Shown here one piece after another: positions 23,501 to 36,385 of a stretch of 64,000 nucleotides of DNA. A program made the translations under genes and the position numbers. The notes beneath the pieces were generated by a model. That model was given only the letters and a program-made list of their open reading frames with translations, did no database searches and had not been told where the DNA came from. Each line of letters begins with the position of its first letter. Position 1 is the stretch's first letter. Origin of the DNA: Lingula anatina (taxonomy: Eukaryota; Animalia; Brachiopoda); the NCBI GenBank assembly GCA_051362555.1, contig CM120640.1:50074788-50138787 (forward strand). Direction: 5' to 3'.

Positions 23501-26500
23501 ATATCATAACAATTGTTCTTTAATGTGTCTGAGAACTACAGTGCTTAGGGGAAGGTGTAATTTGAACCAGATAAGCATTATCTTTATAGATCTTTTTTTA
23601 ACTATGGTAGACTATAAGGGTCTTATCACTTGACTATATTTTTACAGTTTTGTTATACAATAGGATTTTGTTATACAACAGTTATACATGTATATACACT
23701 CCTGTTAGTGTTATGCCTGGTAAAAGGTGACAAAATGGGGACAGCGCGCTGTGCCGAAGGTTCGCTGTGCCGAGGGTTCACTGTGCCGACAAAACCGGAA
23801 AATTGGTCTAAAATCGGCTAAGTTTTTCCGGAGCCCCAAAATCAAAGGTTCGCTATGCCGAAAGGGTCGCTGCGCCGAGGGTTCGCTGCGCCGAAAAAGT
23901 CGGCTACCCATCACCCATTGTGCTTGTTATGTAACGTGGCGAGCAGTGGCCTTTTTTGAAAATAAACGAGTTTTAAAAGTTCTCTTCTTCTATCCGTACC
24001 ATTTGGATTTGTTAAAACTGCGCATTGAAGATTTATCCTTATGGACATAAACATCTTAAATCGCTTTAAATAATCAGTTCTGTAAGTTAATATATTAATT
24101 ATTTTTGGCACTATGGGCGTCACCCACATTTAGGAAATTACTGACAAGAAAACATTCTCTAATTATTTTTGGCGAACTTGTTGTAGTTATTGGGTGTGTG
24201 TAAAATTAACATCTTTTTAAAAACAATCGGCATAGCGAACCCTCGGTATAGCGAACCTTCGGCTCAGCGAACCCTCGGCATAACGAACCTTCGGCATAGC
24301 GAACCCTCGGCACAGCGAACCTTCGGCATAGCGAACCTTCGGCATAGCGAAGCGCACCCGACAAAATGAGCATTTGTGACTAATTTCTGTGTTGCAATGA
24401 ATTGCCTAAGGGACAACTTCTTAATACAGGAGCTAAAAACTTTTCACATGACACCATTTGAAATACATATTATATGAAATGAAAAGGGTGATCATACAAT
24501 GTGTGTAATGCACTAAAGGTAGATAACAAAGGTAAGAAAAATGACTAGTCCATCATATTATATTATAATAATAACTTGGGTACCTTCAATAAGTGATATT
24601 AACATGAAAGGTTAGACTATAAAATGTGAGTAAAACACTTTCCTATTTTAGAAATGCAACATTCCCTTTCACTATGACACTCAAATTTTAACCAGATGAT
24701 GAAAAATCCACAAATGGCCAAAACTGTTGTTAACTAGTGAGATAACATCGTAATTTCACCATTATCATTTCAGGTGCATAACTGTACATTCACTTCCCAC
24801 ACTACATAATCCCTTTGACACCTAAATTTAAAGCTGTTTAAAGCTCCCAAAGGGGACATAATCTTACATCATTTCATATCATATCAGATAAAAGTTTTCA
24901 AATAACCAGGGTGCAGATTAAGCACTTACCAACTAGCAAATGCTTGTGCTTTTCAACTTTGACAAACACCATAACCAGAGAAAAAGCCTATTTCTTCTTT
25001 TTGTGAAAAAGTTAAGGCCTATATTCTTTACCTTTACATACCTAACTAAGGGAATACATGTAGCAAAGAAAATCTGTGAAGCATATGTCTTTATCACATC
25101 AGAGGTTGGATCCTTACCCTAAGCAAATATATATTATGCTGCTACATTTACACAAAACTCAAGCTTTTTATCTGATATCCTTATTACATAACAATCAGAG
25201 TTGCCTGTATAGCTTCTATATTTGCTTTAATATATGTTATAAAATATCAGCATATCCTTTCAAATGAAGACAATCCCATTCAGCCTTCTAGATGCAATTA
25301 TTGGTCTATAGTAGCCACAAAATTTTCTGCTAGGTGACCTACTTGATACCCGTTTTGAAAATGTATGCATGCACAATGATAGCTTAATAAAACATCAAAC
25401 ATAACTTAAAGCATAAATCCAGTTGTTTCTATTTTTGCTTTGATATCATGTAGATAATTTACCCATAAATCCCTCTAACCACAAGTTTGCATAGAAGCCA
25501 CAAAAATATTGCAAAACTTCGATTGAGAATAAAAATAAAAAGTAATCATATTTATTAATATGGTAATAACAAAACCAGTTAATATCCAAAATGTAATCCA
25601 AATGTCAAAATATTCATTTAAACATAAAGATCAGAGCGCTATCCAAGCCATTCGAAATACCTGTAACAAAAATTTATGTACCTTTAGTAACTGTTCAATA
25701 ACAGACCAAGCACAGTGGTCCATGGACAAAATTCCCAGCATCATGAAATTTCCTACTTCTATACAAAAACAAGAGCGTGTGCACATGCTTCCTGTCACTT
25801 CACTATGATCAAAGTGTAACCAGTATTAAATCACATGATTATGCTGTGCTATGTTGATAACCTATTCTAACCATCCAAGTTAAGCCACATCATCATTAAA
25901 CCCCAATGCCACCAATGGCTGGCAGACACAAGGCATATCAGTGTGACTCATGACAAATGGCTTTATCAGGTAGAGTTACAGGATCAATTTTTAATGCAAA
26001 TGCTGGTATCGAGTTTCATTCTTGACTGTTATTTCTTTCAAACTGCCACATGATCACTTGATTATAGAAAAAATATGAACACTTGATTAAAATGTTTAAA
26101 ATGTTTGTAAAATGAATCAAATTTGTTGTATAGTAAAACAATAGCTTACTTATAAAATTTCACTAGATCAAATAGCTACATGTATAAAATGCTTCCAATA
26201 TTAGAAATTCCAACTAATACCATGATATGGTGTTTCTCTTCTCAGGGATCTGCATATATCTATTCTTTAACTGACCCCTATATATTTTTCTATGGCAGAG
26301 ATATTGAGTAACCTAAGATTATCCAGGAAACCCAGCTATTGGAGCAACTGATCAAACCTTGCTGACAATAAAAAATATTCTCCACTTGATTCTCCACTTG
26401 ACTGAGTAAACAAGGCAGCAAATCTGTCAAATATACATACATAAAGCAGAAAATAAAAATGCATGTAATAGGTTATTTGTCAATTTTGATGCAATATTAC

Positions 26501-28156
26501 ATAATGCTAAATCAACAACAAATTTTAATTAGGCACAACACAGTGGCAGATGGAGGCCGTCTTCTGGGTCCCGGAAGATGGTCAGATGTTCAGTTTACAT
26601 TGATGGGCATCAAATTTTTTCTATCGGGAGACGGTAAGGAATTTTCAAGATTTTGTTGAAGATCTTCTTACTTTGTCTGTGACAGTCTTACGTGACTTTC
26701 CTACTCACTTCAGTAATAATAGTTGCCATGAGACCATAATCACCTTGAGTGGTTTAGATCATATCAAAAGCTGACGGTCGTCCAAATTAACTATCATCTG
26801 TTGACAAGCTTACTAATTGCTGATGCAATTAAAATACCTGGTAGTTGACCAGAGGGTAAGCTAGAGCACGTAAACAATTAACTATTTAATTACACACCGT
26901 CGCACTCCCAAGCCAGGTTATGACAGGTAACTCGACCTGTAAGATTCTTGGTAGGCATTAATATGTTTTCAATATCCTTCTCTTATTTCATGAGGTAATG
27001 TTATTGGTACTCTTAAATGACTTTTGATATCCATATTTAAAACAAGTGAGTTTAAGCATGGTTCCTCAACATTCATGAAAGAGATCACTCTCAGGGTATC
27101 TTGAAGCATGTGTATGCCCAGGCAATACTTCTGAGGAAGAAAACGAGAGAATAGTGAAATAGTGTTGTGTGCACTGAGAATTTATTTATTTGTTTCTTAG
27201 CTATATTCAACCTCAGGATATATAATTTGAAACCTAAGTACTAGGTCTTTACATGCTTTGCACCAGCTTTTTAAGTAGGTCATATTTTTTCACGACACAT
27301 TCGCTTCTTCAAGCAGTGGGAATGGAGGCAAAAAAGACCTAACGCCTAAAAAAAAAAAATTAATAAAATAAAAAAAAATAAATTAATAATAATTATAATA
27401 TAATAATAATATAAAGTTTCCAGGTAGTGGTCCTTTCAGCAAACTTGGGAAAAGAATTATAAATAACCTTGCCCTTACTAACAGTTAAACAGTAAGTTCT
27501 GGATTTAAGGTAGATCGGTCGTTACATGTTCCAACGTTCGAATTTTTTTAAAAAATTTTTTGTTTGAAGAGACACCCAAGTACATTAAAAATTTGCAAAA
27601 TAAATTGGGGGTCACCGACCAAATAAGAGAACTAGGCCCAAATATGATACACCCTGCATATCGCACTAGTCTCCACTAGTGTTTTTTCACTAAAGCATTA
27701 TTTTTTATGACTTTCTGACGTTCGAATTTTTAAAAAAAAATTTTTGTGGAAAGAGGCCTCCAAGTACATTGAAATTTTCCAAAAAAATTGGGGGTCACCG
27801 ACCAAATAAGAGAACTACGCCAACTTGAAGTGCGTCACACCCTGCATGACGCACTAGTCCCCATTCAAATCAATGGGCAAATGGGTGTTTTTTCACCAAA
27901 ACGTTATTTTTTATTATTATTTTCTAACGTTTGGATTTTTTTAAAAAACTTTTTGTGTAAAGAGGCATCCATGTACATTTAAATTTTGCCAAAAAAAATT
28001 GGGGGTCACCGACTAAATAAGAGAACTACGCCAAGTTGAAGTGCGTTACACCCTGTGTGACGCACTAGTCGGAAGTCCCCATTCAAATCAATGGGAAAAT
28101 GGGTGTTTTTGCACTAAATCATTTTTATTTATTTATTTATTTTATTTATTTATTTT

Positions 28157-28188
<32 letters not shown>

Positions 28189-31100
28189 GAGAGAGACATC
28201 TAAGTACATTAAAAACTTTCATTATGTTTAACAGTTGAAGTGAGTATACTCAGCTATTTTCAGATTTGTCATACTGAGAAGGTGTAAGCCATTAACTTTA
28301 CAACAAAATTATTGAAGAGAGTAATAAGGGAAATACTCATGCATATGAAAATAGTTAATTGCCGTTGTTATTTATTAATGAATATAACATGAACGTGACA
28401 TCGTAAACACTGTGTTGTCAAGTAAAATGAAGCGTCTGATACAAAGTATCAAATGCGGCATTCACGTGCTTGCTTGCGGTGCACAATTTTTCTGTATAAT
28501 AAAACGCAGTTTCAATTTTGATTAGTGAATTCTCTTCAAGCTGTATGGCCATTTTCTGAACATTTGTATAAGCTACGAAATATTTCTCAGTCCAAATTTC
28601 TCTAAGTCCAAATCGGTGGCGTTACGACGCACTTCCGGTTTTTGTCGAAATCTAAGCCAGGGGGTGGAAACGCGCTACTTATATGATTAGGACGAGCCTA
28701 GCCGTCAGTACCGGATATTGTTTTGTGACCTTGAGGAGCAATTAAGTTTGGTCTTTGCGGCACGTATGAACAGTAGTTGAACTACCACACCTGGGTCTTT
28801 TGTTTTTGACAACTGTTCACTCGTCATCGAGGTGCTTGTTCACGACTACAGGCTGATATCTACTAGTACTGCCAGTGGCTTCATTAGTAACGTTCCCACA
28901 ATACTTAGTTTTCTGTCTGTGCGTACATACCCTGAAAATGGTTAGCCTCACTGACGAGAACAATGGACGTTTCTCACCCCTCTCTAGGATTACCCCTGTC
29001 TAAGCTAAGGTTTGCAGCACATTCAGGGCGTTCTACCTCAAAATGTACGCAGCCGCTTTGATTGGAATTTACAACTCTTATTCTTTACATGATATAGCAC
29101 CTACGTGCATAACGTGCTACAGTTGTCGTATGGAATCATAGTCGACAAACGTTGTCGAAAACCTGTATCGATCGTATGGAGTTACAGACAAGTTGATATT
29201 GTGTGTTTATCTTATAGATAATTGTTTTATTTCCTCAAATTGATAAAACAGACTGAAGTGTCGTTAGAGACGATTGACGATGCGCTGAAATTGCGCAAAA
29301 CGTCAAATTACGTAACGACCGATCTACCTTAAAAGGTTTATTAATTCTGTGAAAAAATATTGGTAACTGTGATAATTGAATGAGGTACTAGTCGGGGCTG
29401 ACTGGTAGGTATATGACCTAAAATAAAGGTATTTAGAAGTGAGCAGTGATGATAATAATGTTGTTTCTTTTTTATTCCCTCGTATTTATAAATTTTTTAA
29501 AAAAATTTAATGTAGCATTCCCATTAATATCATTAATTTTATTATCCACATGTAGGTCCCTTTTTTATTTACTAGCTTTCTCAGTCATTAAGGGGGGAAT
29601 GTAGGTTGGAGATTTTCTCTTAAAATAAAGGCCTTAGCTTTTTTTATTCCTTTCATATTCAATTAATGTATCTTCAAAACATCTAATTAATTATTATGCT
29701 TTAAACACAGCTCCAACTTCATCGTGTGACATAATATTGGGATTTTGGGAACAAAAACACCATTTTTAAACACCTGATTTTCTCTGGCACCTGGACAGCT
29801 ATAAACATGCTTTTAATGGTATTATAACATTTGAACAAAGTACTACATAAGGGAGTCAGGGATTTTTCTTTAGAGACTTATTGTTGATTTTATCTATAAA
29901 AATGTGAAATTACATCAAAATATAAAGGAATTTTCACTTTCAAAGTTGATTGGACAAGAGAGGATCAATCAAGATTTTTTAAAAAGCACTTGTCTTAATA
30001 AGCATGGTGAATTTGGTCTCCCTCAGGTGTACAGGTAGACAGTTATAGCTCGCTTCGATAACGCTATCTCTTCAATCTGGAAAGCGAAGAAAACGAGCAA
30101 AAACCCTTTCAGGGAGGTTAATTGTCTTAATAGCAAATTAAATTGTTGACAGCTTTACCTGTTATCGTTCTGACCATCGTGAAGATGGGTACTCTATTGT
30201 CGGTTGAAATTAGTTTGTTTGCATGCATTTGGATGTCAGAAAATCTTATTTTTGTATCAATCTAACCTCCTGTTAGTAACTTCAAGGGGTTACCGCTAGC
30301 ACTGCCAGAATGATTGACAGGCAATCAAGTAAGCTCTAACTACTCAACCAATCAGTGGCCACGTCAATTGACGAAGGGGCAAGTGTTAGGGATGTGCTCT
30401 AGGATGTGTACACAATAACAACATCGCAGGAATTCTTGTCCACATTCGCCGAGTGAAAAATGGTACGAAAACACGGTCGTGTTACAGGACGCCAATTGGA
30501 CCATCAACAACAAGAAATAAATGCAACCAGGCAGGGCTTGTTTGAGGAAATGTGTTAAGTTGTGTTAGTCAGAAACTGGGATGATTATTGAAGAAAAAAA
30601 CACCATGTTGGCCTTGAAAGTGCATACATGCATCCAGAACTGTACCTCGCGGTATATCAGCATTTAGGTTGAAAATGCTAGGACTTATTCTCCAGCTCAT
30701 ATCTCATAGCCGAAATGAATAATTCTGAAAAATCAAAATGTTATAAATACTACAGCTTTTACGTGATCTCAGCTTATTATTGTTCACGCAAAAAAGGGAG
30801 TCTAGCAATGTCATTAGCTCTATTTGCGTACGCTTTTTTTGCACATGTACTGAAATTTTACGCCACCCGATGAAAGGGTACGCTAGGGCTTAAGTCTTTT
30901 ATTTCTGCAAAGCAACCTTGTATACGATTCTAGTCAGTACTCAACCAAATGTTTATGTCGATGTCACTCAGAAAAAGTCCAAAACACAGAAATTATCACC
31001 ATCGTCACATCGTAATCATTAGTTGTCAAGTTAAAGATTTGATAAACATGCGCCTCGATGCTAAGCCAGATGGCCCAAGTTGCATAGATCTATAAATTCT

Positions 31101-32037
31101 GACAACTGTATAGAGCTGCTGTCGAAGATTGATTGATAGTTTGACGGATGCTGTCACAGGTAGCAAGCAGAGAAATGTTTCTCTTTTTTTGTATTTCAAA
31201 ATGTTAAGAAGAAAATTGAAAGTACATGTATAGCAACAAGCAATTCAAGGGAAAATGTGTATTGCAAGCAAATCCAATGTGTTGGAAAAGATTCTCCTTA
31301 GCGCTGATCACAATCAAGAGCGACTAACAAAACCTAAAGCAAAACAATAGGCAGTGCTTTGCTGATCGCTGTTTATGACAAAGGGAGTATGACACGTTCC
31401 TGTTTTATTGTTTGGCGAGTCGTGCTGATGCTGCGAAGGTCCTCCCACAGAGTTTACCCATGCCAACAGCCCTTGGCAATGAAGGCAGGGCACAGACCAA
31501 GCCACTGGTGCCGATGACTGCAGCATCAAAATCCTCAGAAAAAACATATTTTTTGTTCGAAATGTAAAAATGTTATTCTGTTAAATGTTAGATACACATT
31601 TAACCAATAATTAGACATAAAAAACCAAATGACGATTTTTAGCCGTATTTGGGTACATCCACCCCTTAAAAACAGGTTATCTGGACTAGATAAATACTTC
31701 AGTTTTCATGGGTGAAATGCCATTTTGCTTAAAATTTTAAAAATTTTTGTTGGGGGAATTCTCCCAAACCTCCCACCTGGAGGGAAAGGCAACCCCCACC
31801 TGCAGAGGGGGGAAGGCGACCCCCACTCCCACACCAGCCTTCCACTATTAGTAAGTCCAAACCTGTTTCAGTGTATGTGTGTGTGTGTGTGTCACATAAC
31901 AGACTGATGTGCTTTACTTTTTTTTGCAAAAATGGAAAAAGTAAGCACTGCAATAAAACTATAGGACAACATCATGTGACTCATTTTCAGTTTCTTTGAG
32001 TGCAGTAAAGTTGACTTCTCGTTCTTATTATTGGCGT

Positions 32038-32092
<55 letters not shown>

Positions 32093-34915
32093 CATCTATT
32101 AGGGCGCATTCCCATAGATTTTAGATCGATCTATCCCCGTGGGGAGTCTCACTAGATTACTGTCAAATAATCCGGCTTAAATGTCTGTCCCACCTACTAC
32201 AAGCTGTAAGGGGGTAATTAACTTCCATGTGAGGTCGGCTGACAGCAATTTAGCATGAACCCCCAGGGAGTTAGGTCGATCTAGTAAGATCGATCTAAAT
32301 CTCTGGAAATGCACTCTTAGCCTTGTGGATGTTGCCATTTTTATTTGGCTAACTGTAAATGTGTAATTACTGGTTTGGCAATTGCAGTCGGGCTACCAGT
32401 TGCTGAAATTAATGTTGGGCCCTGCACCCTAGGTACTTTAACAAACAACTTAGCAATCTCTTGAATCAACTTAGTATCAGCCCATCTAAAAAAATGACTA
32501 GTGAACTATGGAGGGCATTTATATCGCTTTTATGATGATGATGATGTGGACATTTGAAAATCTTGCAAAATGCACTAGTATCACCATTAGACTCTAAAAT
32601 GCACTAGTATCACCATTAGACTCCAAGATTTTCCAAATTTTTGTAGAAAGAAAATTTAATCATTTTAGTTAATGAGAACATCTACTATTATCAACCTCTG
32701 AAAGGTATAAACGTCATTGTTCCAATTAATGCAACACATCTGCAACTTACATGTAAATCACCATATTCATAAAGGTTCATGTATATTGATGATAAACAGC
32801 ATTCACTCATTGCTTTGATTGCGATTTCCTAATAACTTTCTGTAATTATCAAAAATCATCTTTTCTAAGAGCGCATTCTCAACGAATTAAGCCAGGCTTT
32901 ACAAAGCCGGTGACCTAAAAATGGCAGACGTACATGAAAGAAAAACCGCCTAATCTTTTAATAGTCTCTCCGCCTCCCCACACGTCATCCCTGCGGGGTA
33001 CAGTAATTAAATCTCGGCTCCGTTCGCCATGCGGAAGCTACCTGAGAAATATTAAGTGCGCATGCTTATCAGTTAAACTCATGGTGAAGAAAGCATGGCA
33101 GCTGAAGGCGATCGAAGGAAAAAAGCTCTTCTGTTCTATTATCTTTGAAAACAGAGACGAAAAAGGAATAATTTGGCCCGTAGAGCAGCAATGAATCGAC
33201 TATCTACGGAGATAATATCCCCAGAGATATTCACGGAAATATTAGTGTTCGGAGCCGAGATTTAATTACTGTACCCCGCAGGGACGACGTGTGGGGAGGC
33301 GTGTGAGAGGCGGAGAGACTATTAAAAGATTAGGCGGTTTTTCTTTCATGTACGTCCGCCATTTTTAGGTCACCGGCTTTGTAAAGCCTGGCTTAATTCG
33401 TTGAGAATGCGCTCTTAGTGTTTTCTTAGATTCTACAACCACATAAACAAACTTGTTATCACTAGGAGTGACATCATTGCACATGCCAGCAGTTGCAAGT
33501 GTGACATCACAATGAAACCCTGACACACTTCTCATTCTCTTGTACATCTTAGTGCAGTTTACATTTTTTCTAATAACCCCTGAATCATACTGGCTGTTGA
33601 GTTCTCACCTCCCTTGAGAGGATACAGCCCAGCTGTCTTACACATGTATGGCCGCATTCAGAATAGTGGTCTTACTAGTCCACGGGTCAAATATGTCATC
33701 TAATACCCTAGCACGAAAATTAATGCGTTAGCACTCCTATTGACGATTCTGATATGTACTGGCTGTGCACAGCCAGTGCATATCAGAATCGTCAATAGGA
33801 GTGCTAATGCATGAATTTTCGTGCTACTAATACCCTAATAGACACTGAATAGATTCCCCGTGGAGAAGTATTCAAGTGGGTTGGCCATATTTGACTTGCA
33901 GACTAGTTAGTCAGCTGTTCTGAAAGTGGCCTATGAGGTGCTGAAAGCTAGCATACCAACAATATCTTTCATTGCCAGACCAGGATTAATATATTATTAA
34001 ATGACTGGTGTCGCAATACTGTTTGAACCCATAGCACTCCCTAGGCAGGCAGGCTTAGCAATAGAGATCTCTTTTCCATAAGCCCATCATGCATACATGA
34101 CAAAAGTGGACAGAGCTTAACACAAAATTAACAAACTGACTTCAATAGGCTAACATAATTGGGTTGATGTAACCTATTTTAGTCAAATTTGAAGCATTTT
34201 GCGGGAAAAAAAAGTAGTGAAAAAGTAGTGATGTGGCTACAGTAAGTGAAGAAAATAGCTGCTTTTTAACAAAGGCCTTCACCTTGCTAGTCTCAAGTAT
34301 GGGTCTGCTTTGGTTGATTACAGATACTCGCAGCGCTAGTACTAGTAGTTTGGAATAACGACAAAAGTTATATGATATGATTTTGGGGTTCCCGTGGGGA
34401 AGGCCGACTTAAATAGAAGGGACTTAGTACCATGACATATAAGATATACATACCTTATTTGGCTTCGCTTGTCTCCCTTAGTCCAGTGCTATATGTTACA
34501 TACAAAGTGCCAGTGTATGTACAAGTAGCACTCACACACATAAAGTAAAACGTCTTACCTTAAAACCTTTCTTCGATGTATCCAATGTCGGGTAACCACT
34601 TGCAGGTTTTATTTTCGTGCTTTCACCGAACGAGGCTTTCAGGCATCTACTGTTGGATGAGCGATGAAACGAATCGTCTTCACTGAAACTTGCACTTTCT
34701 TTTGATGTATTTGGCAAATGATTTGCTGTAGCTGCGAAAGGAGATTCTTTGACAGCAGAAGTCTGAAAAGTTGCAGAAGATGCAGCCAAAGGATGTATAT
34801 CTAAAACTTCAATTTCATCGGAAGATATGTCTATTACATCACTCTCGTCCGTATCACTCGATATATATATAACTTGATTTTGTGAGCCCATCATAAATGC
34901 CTTAATGCACCCCAT
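20555..34915 (-). CDS. SIMC1: SUMO-interacting motif-containing protein 1-like (SIM-rich N-terminus, Nse5-like helical C-terminal domain), ~900 aa
   Basis: Exons 34559-34915 (SIMs VIYISSD, VIDISSDE, IEVLDI; phase-0 donor), 20978-23147 (phase-0 acceptor in frame with the 755-aa ORF) and 20555-20742. The segment DFTTSRMRPSEKMVVDILKDILIISKDYTITSKAYKALKHVQTLHP resembles vertebrate SIMC1 [25 protein letters not shown]...EAYMLLMKIQQLHP as recalled. The join across the 11.4-kb intron is inferred from phase and SIM content. Confidence 0.75.
23738..24359. mobile_element. Non-autonomous Mutator-like element with 16-bp subterminal tandem repeats
   Basis: Perfect 9-bp TSD GACAAAATG at 23729-23737 and 24360-24368, GGG...CCC termini, and inverted arrays of (t)gccgaaggttcgct units at both ends. 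Confidence 0.88.
27509..29328. mobile_element. Non-autonomous TTAA DNA transposon (Kolobok-like) with internal tandem repeats
   Basis: Perfect 17-bp TIR GGTAGATCGGTCGTTAC / GTAACGACCGATCTACC and TTAA on both sides. Three to four ~185-225-bp tandem units (aaattgggggtcaccgac..aataagagaacta) at ~27530-28215. No intact transposase ORF. Confidence 0.85.
29592..31665. mobile_element. Non-autonomous TTAA DNA transposon (Kolobok-like), family K copy 1
   Basis: TTAA flanks and short imperfect TIR GGGGGGAATGTAGG / GGTACATCCACCCC. About 1 kb of the left arm and 0.55 kb of the right arm are reverse-complement homologues of 48167-50377. Confidence 0.85.
32102..32316. mobile_element. MITE (PIF/Harbinger-like), family A copy 2
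   Basis: TIRs GGGCGCATTCCCATAGATT / AATCTCTGGAAATGCACTC with TTA TSD; inverted homologue of 2258-2472. Confidence 0.82.
32869..33414. mobile_element. MITE (PIF/Harbinger-like), family B copy 2, long TIRs
   Basis: TIRs of ~150 bp, GAGCGCATTCTCAACGAATTAAGCC.../...GGCTTAATTCGTTGAGAATGCGCTC, with TAA/TTA flanks. Confidence 0.88.
33650..33931. mobile_element. MITE family C (GGCC termini, TAT TSD) carrying a nested insertion
   Basis: TIR GGCCGCATTCAGAA / TTCTGAAAGTGGCC with TAT on both sides; related to 42157-42350. Confidence 0.75.
33709..33826. mobile_element. 118-bp hairpin MITE with 9-bp TSD (Mutator-like), family D copy 1
   Basis: Near-perfect palindrome TAGCACGAAAATT...AATTTTCGTGCTA; TSD CTAATACCC at 33700-33708 and 33827-33835. 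Confidence 0.88.
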
Positions 34916-34985
34916 TATCCACTGCCCATTATCGATACATATTACCCCGCGTCCGCCATTTTGCTACTTGTCACGTGACTGAAAT
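34916..34985 (-). promoter_or_regulatory. SIMC1-like promoter / 5' leader
   Basis: Palindromic E-box GTCACGTGAC at 34970-34979, YY1-type CCGCCATTTT at 34953-34962 and DRE-like TATCGATA at 34930-34937. Confidence 0.55.
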
Positions 34986-36385
34986 TCCCCACCATCACCA
35001 TCTGTATTTTCGACAAGCTTACTCATGTGTTCATGATATTCGATGACGAGGCACGATACGGTATATGGTAAATTACTCCAATAAAAGTATCACCCAAAAT
35101 TTTAACATAATGTTTAAAATATTTTTCTTTTTAATTTTTATTTTGGAGATGAATTGATTTTTTTAAATCTGTGGTTATTAATAAGTGAAAGTAGGCCCAT
35201 GCACTTCTCGGATTTTACAGTAGGCCTACTGGCAGACCTAATTACCGACACATTAAACATTTTTACAGCGACAGTACCTGGAAACTGCTGAAATGCTGGA
35301 CATTTAGATGTTTTCTTATTAAAGCTTCAGTCCATGCCGCCAAAAGAAAAAAAAACATATAATTTTTAAAACTATTTTTATTGTTATTATTATTTTTTAT
35401 TATTACACCGGTCGTGAATTAGGTCGAGCATCGAGGTTGCATATTAGGCCTATGTTGCCCAATACAGCATATTGCAATGCTTGGATATAAAAAATTCTTA
35501 TTAAGCGACTTATACTGGTATTTGTGGTAATTAAGTTAAGTACCAGTATCCTACCTTGTACCTTGCGAATCTCATTTATTAAAGTGTCGCAAAACAGAGC
35601 TCCCGAGTGAGACTTGAACTAGCTTTACATCTAGTAAAAATGCGTTTTTCATACCATGTCACAAACTTGCAAATATCTTAGTCATCTTACTGGCTGTACA
35701 TCGACTAAATCGACAGATGGCCAGGATAACTACAGTACATGAAGGAAAAGGCCGTCTGAACTGGCCTGAATGACCTAAACTATCTCGAAAAATGAAAATA
35801 TTCAGTACTAACGTCTACGTAAAGTTAACCTGCATATTTCCAAGTTTCGCCCTCAGGTCACCCTAAAATCATAATAATAATAACAAATAAATAAAAGTTA
35901 AACCCTAAAAAAATAATTAGAATTACGCTTGCCATTTTAACATATCAATGACAGTTGCTTTTAAAATCCGCATCGAATTGCTTTGAGGCCAAAATGTCTG
36001 AAGATGTTAGACAAACACGGGGTTTTGATTCAATGCTGCAAGCTCACGAGACGGTTCTTAATGCATATGATATGAAATGGAGACCGCCATAGATTTTTTT
36101 CTTCGCGAAACCTGATCACGCTATTTTTATAACTTACTGTAAAGCTGGTTTTACAAAAGGTCTCTAAGCTCCCAAACCCAATATAGAGGTGTATTTCACA
36201 TGCTGAAGTGTCAAAAAAAAAATTAAATTGAATGAATTCAAAGTGGTCTTCCATTTTTTAAAAATACATGTGTATAGAACAAAAATCCACTATTGTCTCA
36301 ATTTAAATTCAAATTTTTATTTTTACAATGTATTTTACATTACGCAAAGAGCCCTAAATGGTAACACCCTATGTTCCAAACACGT

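Noticed and set aside
24228-24350. Array of 16-bp repeats resembling a CRISPR
   Set aside because: No unique spacers; these are subterminal repeats of a TSD-flanked transposon in a eukaryotic intron.
27530-28215. Regularly spaced aaattgggggtcaccgac repeats
   Set aside because: The intervening sequences are homologous to each other, so this is a tandem repeat inside a TTAA element.
31314-31547. Similar short ORFs here and at 48174-48401 suggesting a duplicated small gene
   Set aside because: Both lie in homologous arms of the family K transposon, and their frames and ends are not preserved.
32568-32624. Short local tandem duplications (also ~44956-45039 and ~57181-57236)
   Set aside because: Ordinary slippage-type duplications with no further structure.
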